Positions 50,802-58,625 are shown, numbered from the stretch's first letter. The stretch is 64,000 nt of DNA from an uncultured candidatus Porisulfidus sp. (GCA_958431155.1 OY288106.1:317937-381936), one strand, 5' to 3'. Program-made: numbers and translations. Notes: generated by a model from the sequence alone, not told the origin.

Positions 50802-51143
50802 TCAAGATGCTAAATCTGTTCTTGCTTCGGCCAACAGCTGTTTCAGTTCAATTACTTTCGGTGCATCGTCTGGGTTGATTCCCAGCGTTTTGGCCATCGC
50901 TCTCGCGTCTTCAATATGTTTTTCCAGGTCGGCCCTGTCCTCATCAGAGACCCCGGCTAATATCGTTTTGACCTGAGGCAACAGGTCGTTATCAAGGAAC
51001 TTCGTGACCTTGTCCGCCATCATGTTCATGATCCGGTACAAGCCAAAGTCAAGATCGCCCCGGTCAAGTTGGAACATTTCCCTCAGCAGGGCTTTCAGCT
51101 GATTGAATTTTTCTTGGGATTCCGGGGTCTGGTGAGTAGACAT
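50802..51143 (-). CDS. 113-aa ORF, probably an N-terminal stump of a very large defence-type methyltransferase/restriction fusion protein
   Basis: LKALLREMFQLDRGDLDFGLYRIMNMMADKVTKFLDNDLLPQV matches, from memory, the conserved extreme N-terminus of >1000-aa Eco57I-like/N6-methylase fusion proteins. The ORF stops where composition switches back to high GC. Confidence 0.45.
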   Translation of the reverse strand: MSTHQTPESQEKFNQLKALLREMFQLDRGDLDFGLYRIMNMMADKVTKFLDNDLLPQVKTILAGVSDEDRADLEKHIEDARAMAKTLGINPDDAPKVIELKQLLAEARTDLAS

Positions 51144-51182
51144 TGGGATGATGTCAGCAATTGTTAGGCATGAATGAACCTT

Positions 51183-51198
51183 GTTAATTCGTTAATTC
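51183..51198. repeat. Perfect tandem octamer GTTAATTC x2, abutting an 8-bp-stem hairpin (51198..51222)
   Basis: Read directly as ttGTTAATTCGTTAATTCtgcgggttgccgagacacccgcag. The stem is CTGCGGGT/ACCCGCAG. Confidence 0.6.
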
Positions 51199-51546
51199 TG
51201 CGGGTTGCCGAGACACCCGCAGAGAGCGATTTAGAGTGTATCCTAGCGTATCCTCATGATGACTACATAACCCATTGTATCTACAATTATTTTTGTTAAA
51301 TTTCAATGTCTAAAGACTGTGAGTTACAATGCATACTCACTAGCGGTATCCGGATGTGGTCATGGATGGAATGTATGCGATGTACTGCACCGGAACAAAG
51401 AGTTCTGGCTCGCTGTACTCACCCTGAAGAATGGCACGATTGCTGAGGCAGATTCCATGGGCAGGGTGTTAGATGGCATCTATGAAAGGGCTGGAAGTGG
51501 CGACGCTGATAGTTCAGTCAGATTTAATCTATAAGGAACTGGGAAT

Positions 51547-52581
51547 ATGGCAACGCAGGACTATATCGATGACCTTAAAGGGCAACTTCAATCATTGGCA
51601 CAATATGTCGATGTTGAACTAATTAACCGCAGAGATGACTGGGGACCAATAAACTTTGAAGAAGCACGAGCGGACATTAATCTAGCTCTATCTATGGCTA
51701 CAGATCTTTTAGATTTACCGCTTGAATACCTAACTGATGCTGCCGCACAACAGATAATTCAGCATATTCCGGGAGTAGTTACCGAATTAGAAGGAATTAA
51801 TCAATTCTCGCTCGAAGGGGGAGACCCAGGCAGTAGGCGAGATAATCTCTGTAGTAGCCTCCATGCGCAAGTCGAGGCTTTGCATGTTGTTGCAAGTCCC
51901 CATATCCCATACCTCGCCTATAGACGCGGTGATGTTGCGGAAAACATGGAAAAGCTAAATCAAGCGGTTGGTGATGCAAAAAAAATTCTTGAGGCAACAA
52001 AAATATCGTCTAGCGATAAGAGTAACGAAATAGAAGAAATCATAAAAGCTGCTCGCGAAGCAGCAGCGAGCACAGGAGTAGCCACATTCACGGAAGAGTT
52101 TTATGATGAAGCATCGACACTTGGCGCACGGTCAAAAAAGTGGCTGATTGCTACGGCTGCATTTGCGGCTCTAACTATAGGTGCGGCGATTGGGTCCTAT
52201 TTTTGGCCCGCAGTTTCACCAAAGGCCGATGGTTGGGAAACCCTCCGCAACGTTGCTAGTAAAGCAGCAATTATTGCTGTTCTCTTCACAGGGACAATCT
52301 GGTGTGGGCGTATCTATCGCGCACTAATTCATCAAGCAACAGTGAATAAACACCGCGCTTTGAGCCTTAAAACCTTTCAGGCATTTGTGAAGGCGGCAGA
52401 TGACCCTTATGTCCGAGATGCTGTTTTGATGGCTGCCACAAAAACTGTCTTCGGTAGCGTACCGACTGGTCTGGTGGAGTACGAAAGTAGCCAAGATCAG
52501 GGGGTCAATTTTGTAGAACTCGGGAAAAGATCGTCGGGGGAGAAAGCGACCGAAGCAGCAACAGAAATGTTGGACGGGTAA
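51547..52581 (+). CDS. Orphan 344-aa protein: about 190 aa of helical soluble N-domain, two TM helices and a conserved-looking C-tail; function unknown
   Basis: Clean ORF. TM1 is WLIATAAFAALTIGAAIGSYFW and TM2 is AAIIAVLFTGTIWCGRIY. Its AT-richer codon usage differs from the core genes. Confidence 0.75.
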   Translation: MATQDYIDDLKGQLQSLAQYVDVELINRRDDWGPINFEEARADINLALSMATDLLDLPLEYLTDAAAQQIIQHIPGVVTELEGINQFSLEGGDPGSRRDNLCSSLHAQVEALHVVASPHIPYLAYRRGDVAENMEKLNQAVGDAKKILEATKISSSDKSNEIEEIIKAAREAAASTGVATFTEEFYDEASTLGARSKKWLIATAAFAALTIGAAIGSYFWPAVSPKADGWETLRNVASKAAIIAVLFTGTIWCGRIYRALIHQATVNKHRALSLKTFQAFVKAADDPYVRDAVLMAATKTVFGSVPTGLVEYESSQDQGVNFVELGKRSSGEKATEAATEMLDG

Positions 52582-52585
52582 GGGA

Positions 52586-52829
52586 ATGGAGCTTCCTATT
52601 CACGAAGCAGAAGTGCGCCCCTCCGAACTTGTTAACGCTGTCCAAAACGGAGAACGTGTTGCCCTCACGGAGTATGGCGAACCAGTCGTTGAACTAGTTT
52701 GTTGCTAAAGCCATAGCGGAATCAACTCGAAAACGTCTTGGAATTTCAGGAAACAGGGAAGAGTGGTCTCAAGAGTATGACAATCCGAAATTTGGCCGTC
52801 AAGTACTTGGTCTTGATGAGGACAATTAA
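52586..52829 (+). pseudogene. Frameshifted Phd/YefM-type antitoxin gene with no toxin gene following
   Basis: Frame 1 gives MELPIHEAEVRPSELVNAVQNGERVALTEYGEPVVELVCC* (stop at 52706-52708). The next frame continues VAKAIAESTRKRLGISGNREEWSQEYDNPKFGRQVLGLDEDN* (stop at 52827-52829). Joined, they match the typical antitoxin layout. Confidence 0.55.
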
Positions 52830-52914
52830 GGGGCCGATATCAATCTCACAAGGCACCCTTTACAGGGCCCTTGACGTTGATTCGGTGACAGACATAATGG
52901 TTTATTGAACTAGC

Positions 52915-54213
52915 ATGATTCGCTCCTCCGTCTATCGTCTGCACCCGGGGACTTTGCGCCGGGCGCAAAAATTGGCCCAGATTGCTGGTGCCAATCGCTA
53001 TGTCTGGAACTGGGCAATCGGGCAGAATCGGGACGCGATGAAAGCTTATAAAGAGGGCAAGGGCGAAAAGCCTTTGGCTACTTTCTTTAGCTTGGGGTTG
53101 GAGTTCACCAAATTACGCAGCAGCGAAGGCCATGAATGGCTGAGGGAGTTGCCATATGCGGAAGTCCGCTACGCACTGAAGCGGTATGCGGATGCCATAA
53201 AAGAGGCTAGGAAGGGCAAGCGTGGCTTTCCGAAACGGAAGTACCGTGAAGATGGAGATTCGTTTGCGATCCCACAGGATGTGCGGATTCGGGGGGGGCG
53301 ATTGTGTGTGCCGAAAGTCGGTTGGGTGCCAATCAGTCGTCGGGGCGGCGACCCGTGGGCATATGGCGAAGCGAAGCAGGCGGTGGTGGTGAAGCGCCCG
53401 AACGGGAAGTGGTATACGTCGGTGTTCTGGGAGATTCCCGATGTGGAACCGGAGGACAATGGCAAGGTGATTGGACTGGACATGGGCAAATGGAATGTGG
53501 CGACCACGGAGCACAAGCAGATCTTCATGCCGGAGGCCTCCGAACTTGAAGCAAAATTAAGGCGGCATCAACGGAAAATGAATCGCCGCCGACAGGTGCC
53601 TCTGCTGGATGCGGATGGAGCTCCGAGACGAACCCGGCAGGGTGATGTCATCAAGGTGAACTCCAGGCGGCGCGAGAAGGAACGACGGATTGTGGCGAAA
53701 CTGTCGCGGAGGATCGCCAACATCCGGGACAACTGGCGGCACCAGCTCAGCCATGATCTGGCAGAGCGTTTCGGGACGATCTATCTTGAGGGTCTGAACA
53801 TCAAGGGAATGATGAAGTCGGCCAAGGGCACGGTGGAGCAACCGGGCAAGCATGTGAAAGCGAAGTCCGGGTTGAACCGGGAAATCGCGGCGAGCGGCTG
53901 GGGGAGGTTGCGCTGGATGCTGGAGTACAAGGCGTACCAGGTGGAAGCAGTGAATCCAGCCTATACCAGCCAGCGTTGCCACTGTTGTGGGCATGTGGCA
54001 GATGCGAACAGAAAGAAAGAAAGATTCAAATGCGTATCCTGCGGATACGTGGGGAATGCGGACATCAATGCCGCGTTCAATATATTGGCGCTGGGGACTG
54101 GCGCGGCTGGACAGGGAGGGGCGTTCGCCTCTGTCAGGGCCGGGCCTTCGGGCGGGGTCCTTTCAAGCGACCCCAACGATCTGTCAATGGATATGCAGCT
54201 TTCCCATGGATAA
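52915..54213 (+). CDS. tnpB: TnpB (OrfB) RuvC-like RNA-guided endonuclease
   Basis: RuvC triad context (IGLDMG, IYLEGLNIKGM, NADINAAFNI) and a zinc finger (CHCCGHVADANRKKERFKCVSCG). Low-complexity C-tail. Confidence 0.9.
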   Translation: MIRSSVYRLHPGTLRRAQKLAQIAGANRYVWNWAIGQNRDAMKAYKEGKGEKPLATFFSLGLEFTKLRSSEGHEWLRELPYAEVRYALKRYADAIKEARKGKRGFPKRKYREDGDSFAIPQDVRIRGGRLCVPKVGWVPISRRGGDPWAYGEAKQAVVVKRPNGKWYTSVFWEIPDVEPEDNGKVIGLDMGKWNVATTEHKQIFMPEASELEAKLRRHQRKMNRRRQVPLLDADGAPRRTRQGDVIKVNSRRREKERRIVAKLSRRIANIRDNWRHQLSHDLAERFGTIYLEGLNIKGMMKSAKGTVEQPGKHVKAKSGLNREIAASGWGRLRWMLEYKAYQVEAVNPAYTSQRCHCCGHVADANRKKERFKCVSCGYVGNADINAAFNILALGTGAAGQGGAFASVRAGPSGGVLSSDPNDLSMDMQLSHG

Positions 54214-54240
54214 AACTGTGTATAAGTCCCATTCTACAGT
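54100..54240 (+). ncRNA. Candidate omega-RNA (reRNA) scaffold overlapping the tnpB 3' end
   Basis: Successive stem-loops are visible: GACAGGG...CCTCTGTC at 54110..54135 and GGGGTC...GACCCC at 54154..54174. This is where TnpB-family elements encode their guide RNA. The exact ends are unknown. Confidence 0.35.
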
Positions 54241-55639
54241 GAAACCCTGGGCTGGACGGTTCGCTCGGGCGACCGACAGCCAGGTGGAGACGTTTACCGC
54301 GTCCGTCCATTTCGACGGTCGCCTGTACCCCTATGACATCCAGGGGTCGCAGGCGCACGCCCGTGGACTGCACCGGGCGGGCGTGCTCAGCGAAGAAGAA
54401 TGCGAGACCCTCGTCAAGGGTCTGGCGCTGGTTCGCGCGCGCATCGATTCCGGCGAAGCCGAGTGGGATCCGGGCCTTGAAGACGTGCACATGAACATCG
54501 AGGCGATGCTGGTCGCCGAGGTCGGGGAGGTCGGCAAGAAACTCCACACCGGGCGTTCCCGGAACGACCAGGTGGCCACCGACCTGAGGCTGTACGCCCG
54601 GGCTGCGCAGGCGCAATTGGATGCCGAGGCACATGCCCTGCAGTCGGTTCTGGTCGAACGGGCCCAGGCGGAGGCGGAGACCCTGATGGCGGGCTTCACC
54701 CACCTGCAGACGGCGCAGCCGATCACCTTGGGCCACCATTTTCTGGCCTGGTACGAGATGCTGCGGCGCGACCGGCAGCGGTTGACGGAGGCCTTCCGGC
54801 GGACCAACACGCTGCCGCTGGGTGCTGCGGCTTTGGCCGGATCCGGTTATCCGGTGGATCGGCAGTACTTGGCGGGGCTCCTGGGTTTCGACGCGCTGTG
54901 CGACAACTCGCTGGACGCGGTCAGCGACCGGGATTTCGTAATCGAGACTTGCGCCGTCCTGAGTCTGCTGATGGTGCATCTGTCCAGGGTGGCGGAGGAG
55001 ATCATCCTGTGGGCCAGCCCGGCGTTCGGGTGGGTCGACTTGCCGGATGAATACTGCACCGGCTCCTCGCTCATGCCGCAGAAGAAGAACCCGGATGTCC
55101 TGGAGTTGATTCGCGGCAAGAGTGCACGGGTCGGTGGGCACCTGCAGGCACTGTTGATGCTCATGAAAGCGCAGCCGATGGCGTACAACCGGGACAATCA
55201 GGAAGACAAGGAGCCGCTGTTCGACAGCGTGGACACCACGCTCGCCTGCCTGTCGGTGCTGCGGGCGGTGGTGCAGGCGATGGAGTTCGACCGGGAACGG
55301 TTGCGGGAGGCCGCGGCATCCGGCTATTCGACCGCCACGGACCTGGCGGATGCGCTGGTGGCGCGCGGCGTGGCCTTCAGGGACGCGCACCGCATCACCG
55401 GGCAGATCGTCGCCTATGCGGCAGAGCGGGGCGTGACACTGGATGCGCTGGAACCTGAAGAGGTCCAGCAGTTCAGCCCGGCCGTTGATGCCGGGCTGCT
55501 TGAATCGCTGACCCCGGATCGGTCGGTCGCGGCGCGCGGACTGCACGGCGGCACTGCCCCCGATGCGGTGCGCGAACGGGTGGCACAGGCAAAAGAAGAG
55601 CTCGCGGCAGGGCCGCTCGCGATGCCGGAACAGCCCTAG
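54206..55639 (+). CDS. argH: Argininosuccinate lyase
   Basis: WAGRF N-terminal motif and the GSSLMPQKKNPD signature. The ATG at 54206 lies inside the last codons of tnpB; an alternative GTG at 54239 gives (M)KPWAGRF. Confidence 0.95.
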   Translation: MDKTVYKSHSTVKPWAGRFARATDSQVETFTASVHFDGRLYPYDIQGSQAHARGLHRAGVLSEEECETLVKGLALVRARIDSGEAEWDPGLEDVHMNIEAMLVAEVGEVGKKLHTGRSRNDQVATDLRLYARAAQAQLDAEAHALQSVLVERAQAEAETLMAGFTHLQTAQPITLGHHFLAWYEMLRRDRQRLTEAFRRTNTLPLGAAALAGSGYPVDRQYLAGLLGFDALCDNSLDAVSDRDFVIETCAVLSLLMVHLSRVAEEIILWASPAFGWVDLPDEYCTGSSLMPQKKNPDVLELIRGKSARVGGHLQALLMLMKAQPMAYNRDNQEDKEPLFDSVDTTLACLSVLRAVVQAMEFDRERLREAAASGYSTATDLADALVARGVAFRDAHRITGQIVAYAAERGVTLDALEPEEVQQFSPAVDAGLLESLTPDRSVAARGLHGGTAPDAVRERVAQAKEELAAGPLAMPEQP

Positions 55640-55655
55640 CGAGAAACTCCCCGCT

Positions 55656-56312
55656 TCAGCTTAGGTGCGTGCGCAGGAACTCGCCCAGTGCGGCGAATTC
55701 CTCCGCGGTGACCGTATGGGCGAACGCCTCGCTGTACCAGTCGACCGAGGCTCCGTGCCCGCGCAGCCAGTCGCGGCTGACTTCCCCATACTCGTGAAGG
55801 ACGACATCGTCCTGCGAGCCGTGCGCCATGAACACGGGAGTTTGCAACGTCAGGTGCTCGGCCCGTTGCGTCAGGTATTCGTCCTGCGGCAGGTAGCCGG
55901 ACAGGCAGACGGCTGCGGCCAGGGGCTCGGGGTGAGTCAGTGCGGCGAACAGGGCCAGCGCGCCTCCCTGGGAGAAACCTCCGATCGCGAGGCGGTCGAT
56001 TCCGGCTTCGCGTTGTTGCTTGAATTCGGCGTGGATGCGCCGTGCGCTTTCCTCCAGTTCGTCCAAGTTGCTGGTGACGCGCCCACCCGGCTTCGGCAGG
56101 ATGTCGAACCAGGACGGTACGACCTGTCCGCCGAAGATCGTGACCGGCTGCAGCGGGGCCTGAAGTGCGATCACGCGCAGGCCCGGGCATTGCAACTGGA
56201 GGTTCAGGCCCGCAAAATCGTCGGCGGTGGCGCCCAGGCCGTGCAGCCAGATCAGCGCAGAGCGCGCCGGGCCGTCATCGGGCTCTAGGATCAGGGCGTC
56301 GGATCGGCTCAT
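55656..56312 (-). CDS. Phospholipase/carboxylesterase-family alpha/beta hydrolase
   Basis: LIWLHGLGATADDF, the nucleophile elbow GFSQGG, and a C-terminal His region. Confidence 0.85.
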   Translation of the reverse strand: MSRSDALILEPDDGPARSALIWLHGLGATADDFAGLNLQLQCPGLRVIALQAPLQPVTIFGGQVVPSWFDILPKPGGRVTSNLDELEESARRIHAEFKQQREAGIDRLAIGGFSQGGALALFAALTHPEPLAAAVCLSGYLPQDEYLTQRAEHLTLQTPVFMAHGSQDDVVLHEYGEVSRDWLRGHGASVDWYSEAFAHTVTAEEFAALGEFLRTHLS

Positions 56313-56395
56313 GGAAGGGCTTGATTTTCCAGTGTGCGGCAGGATTCGGGTTGGGCGCATAGTATATTAGGCGGCGCACTGACGGGAGAGGATTC

Positions 56396-56506
56396 ATGAG
56401 TGTTTTACGATGGTTTTTCCTGGGTCTCGTATTGACCGGAGCGGTGGCTGGATGCGGGCAGATGGGACCGCTTGAGCCCCCACCGGGGGCCGCGGCTGAC
56501 GATTGA
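56396..56506 (+). CDS. lptM: Small lipoprotein LptM (YifL-like), below the ORF-track cutoff
   Basis: My own translation gives MSVLRWFFLGLVLTGAVAGCGQMGPLEPPPGAAADD*. It has a lipobox (AGC) followed by the G.(K/M)GPL..P motif, immediately upstream of lysA, which is the canonical position. Confidence 0.7.
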   Translation: MSVLRWFFLGLVLTGAVAGCGQMGPLEPPPGAAADD

Positions 56507-57756
56507 TGGAAGGTTTCGAATATCAGGACAATCGGCTGCACGCCGAGTCGGTTCCGCTGGAGTTGATCGCCGAAGAGCACGGCACGCCGTGCTTCGTGTA
56601 TTCGGCGGCTGCGATGGAGCGCCAGGTGGAGGGGTTGCGGACCGCTTTCTCCGGGCAGTCCTACCGGATCTGCTATGCGGTCAAGGCCAACGGCAACCTC
56701 GCCGTGCTGCAGTATCTGGCGCGGCTGGGCTGCGCGTTCGACCTCGTGTCCGGAGGCGAGTTGGCGCGCGTGCAAGCGGCGGGCGGCGATCTGTCACAGT
56801 CGGTGTTCTCGGGAGTCGGCAAGACGTCGGAGGAGATCCGGCAGGCGTTGGATGCGGGCATCGGGGCCTTTCACGTGGAGTCGCCGAGCGAACTTGAGCG
56901 AATTTCCCGTATTGCACAGAAGGAGGGGAAAGTGGCGCCGGTTTCCCTGCGCATCAATCCGGCCATCGAGGTGAACACACACCCGCATATCGCCACCGGG
57001 TTTCGTGGCAGCAAGTTCGGCGTTCCATGGGATGAGGCCCTGGACACCTACCGCATCGCGAACCGCCTGGGCGGGCTGGAGATACGCGGCGTGGCCTGTC
57101 ATATCGGCTCCCAGCTGGTCGATGCCGAACCGATCGTCGCGGCGGCACGGCAACTGGTAGATCTGGCGGACCGGCTGCGCGAAGAAGGGATCGACCTTGA
57201 GTATGTGGATGTGGGCGGAGGGCTCGGAATTTGCTATCACGACGAGAAGCCGCCAGCGCTTGAGCCCTATGCGGAGGGTCTGCGCGAGGTAATCGGCGAC
57301 CGACCCTTGTCCCTGGTTATCGAACCGGGGCGGTACGTGATGGGCAATGCAGGGATTCTGCTGACCCGGGTGGAATACATCAAGCACACCGCGGGCGGGC
57401 GCTTCGTGGTGGTGGACGCGGCCATGACCGAACTGATGCGCCCGGCTCTGTACGGGGCCTGGCATGCCATCATGCCGGTCACGAAGATGGAGGGGCGGGA
57501 ACGGAGGAATTGCGATGTCGTGGGGCCGGTGTGCGAAACGACCGACTGCCTGGGCCGCTCAAGACGCCTTTCGGTGGAAGAAGGGGAATTGCTGGCGGTG
57601 TTCTCCTGCGGAGCCTACGCGGCTTCCATGGGCAGTTCCTACAATGCCCGGCCACCGGTCGCCGAGGTGATGGTCGATGGAGACCGTCACGATCTGGTTC
57701 GCTGTCGGGGTGAGGTGGACCAGTTGTATGCGGGCGAGAGGATTCGGGAAGGCTGA
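56506..57756 (+). CDS. lysA: Diaminopimelate decarboxylase
   Basis: The PLP lysine motif YAVKAN, HIGSQ, and EPGRY. The ATG at 56506 overlaps the lptM TGA. Confidence 0.95.
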   Translation: MEGFEYQDNRLHAESVPLELIAEEHGTPCFVYSAAAMERQVEGLRTAFSGQSYRICYAVKANGNLAVLQYLARLGCAFDLVSGGELARVQAAGGDLSQSVFSGVGKTSEEIRQALDAGIGAFHVESPSELERISRIAQKEGKVAPVSLRINPAIEVNTHPHIATGFRGSKFGVPWDEALDTYRIANRLGGLEIRGVACHIGSQLVDAEPIVAAARQLVDLADRLREEGIDLEYVDVGGGLGICYHDEKPPALEPYAEGLREVIGDRPLSLVIEPGRYVMGNAGILLTRVEYIKHTAGGRFVVVDAAMTELMRPALYGAWHAIMPVTKMEGRERRNCDVVGPVCETTDCLGRSRRLSVEEGELLAVFSCGAYAASMGSSYNARPPVAEVMVDGDRHDLVRCRGEVDQLYAGERIREG

Positions 57757-57780
57757 ACCTGTAAAATACGAGGTTCGGCA

Positions 57781-58620
57781 ATGAACCCCCACCACTGTAC
57801 TTCCATGAACGTCCGCGCGGCTACCCTCCTGCTCCTGTTTTCCGCCCCTCTGGCGTGGGCGGATTGCTCCCGGGACGACATCCAGTTCTATCTGGACAAA
57901 GGCTTCACGACCGAGCAGGTCACGCTGCTGTGCTCGAAGCCGGCTGGCGAAGAAAAGAAAAAATACCAGGCTTACACCGACGAGTACGTCGACCGGCAGG
58001 ACCACGAATACCAGGCGCGGATGCGGGTGGAGCGCGAGGCTGCCCTGCGCAACGCGATCGAGGCCACGGACATCCAGCTTGAGAGGGGCTACCTGTACTA
58101 TGTCCGCTCGCAGTGCGTCAGTGAAGGCGTCGAGAAAGACCGCGCATTCGGGCTGAAGTCCTGCCCGAACATCCGCTACCGGATCAAGCTGGCGGGGCTG
58201 AAGGTCGACGAGAAAGAATACAAGAAACGATTCCTGTTCGGACAGAAGATGGTCCGGGTGGAGGGAGAGATCAAGCGCCAGGAGATGCCGGGTGCTTTCG
58301 CTGACATTCCAGACGAATATTGGCGGAATGTTCTGCGCAAGAGGCTCGAGAAGGGCGATTCGACCAAGGTCCCGCTGCGCGACGGCGTGGACTTCCACTT
58401 CGCGCGCGGTGCGTTGCGAGACATAGCGGCGTTTGAGACCGAACGCGCCCGGCAGTTGGCCGGGGGCCAGGGTGGAACCGGAGAGGACGGAATGTTCGAC
58501 GATTTGGGCGAGATGCTTGAGGACGGGCCCGAGAACGAACCTGCCCGGCAGGAAGAGGAAGATGAGGACGAGGATGGCGAAGGGGGACTGTTCGACGAAC
58601 TGGCCGAAATGTTCGAGTGA
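57781..58620 (+). CDS. Secreted protein of unknown function with an acidic C-terminal tail
   Basis: Signal peptide MNVRAATLLLLFSAPLAWA (alternative start at 57805). The C-terminus holds two copies of G(M/L)FD(D/E)L(G/A)EM(L/F)E flanking an EEEDEDEDGEG run. Confidence 0.6.
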   Translation: MNPHHCTSMNVRAATLLLLFSAPLAWADCSRDDIQFYLDKGFTTEQVTLLCSKPAGEEKKKYQAYTDEYVDRQDHEYQARMRVEREAALRNAIEATDIQLERGYLYYVRSQCVSEGVEKDRAFGLKSCPNIRYRIKLAGLKVDEKEYKKRFLFGQKMVRVEGEIKRQEMPGAFADIPDEYWRNVLRKRLEKGDSTKVPLRDGVDFHFARGALRDIAAFETERARQLAGGQGGTGEDGMFDDLGEMLEDGPENEPARQEEEDEDEDGEGGLFDELAEMFE

Positions 58621-58625
58621 TTCGT

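Larger units (their letters stand above)
52840..54240 (+). mobile_element. Solo TnpB element (IS200/IS605 family, IS1341-like; no tnpA); ends approximate
   Basis: It contains only tnpB. No Y1 transposase ORF is nearby. I cannot fix the boundaries without related copies. Confidence 0.55.

Noticed and set aside
52877-52881. TTGAT upstream of tnpB as the transposon-associated motif (TAM)
   Set aside because: It matches the ISDra2 TAM only by coincidence of a 5-mer. It lies just 34 nt from the tnpB ATG, which leaves no room for a left-end hairpin. The boundaries cannot be set from one copy.
53113-53994. Three antisense ORFs inside tnpB (53113..53514, 53169..53528, 53557..53994)
   Set aside because: They have no motifs and lie opposite a well-supported TnpB frame.
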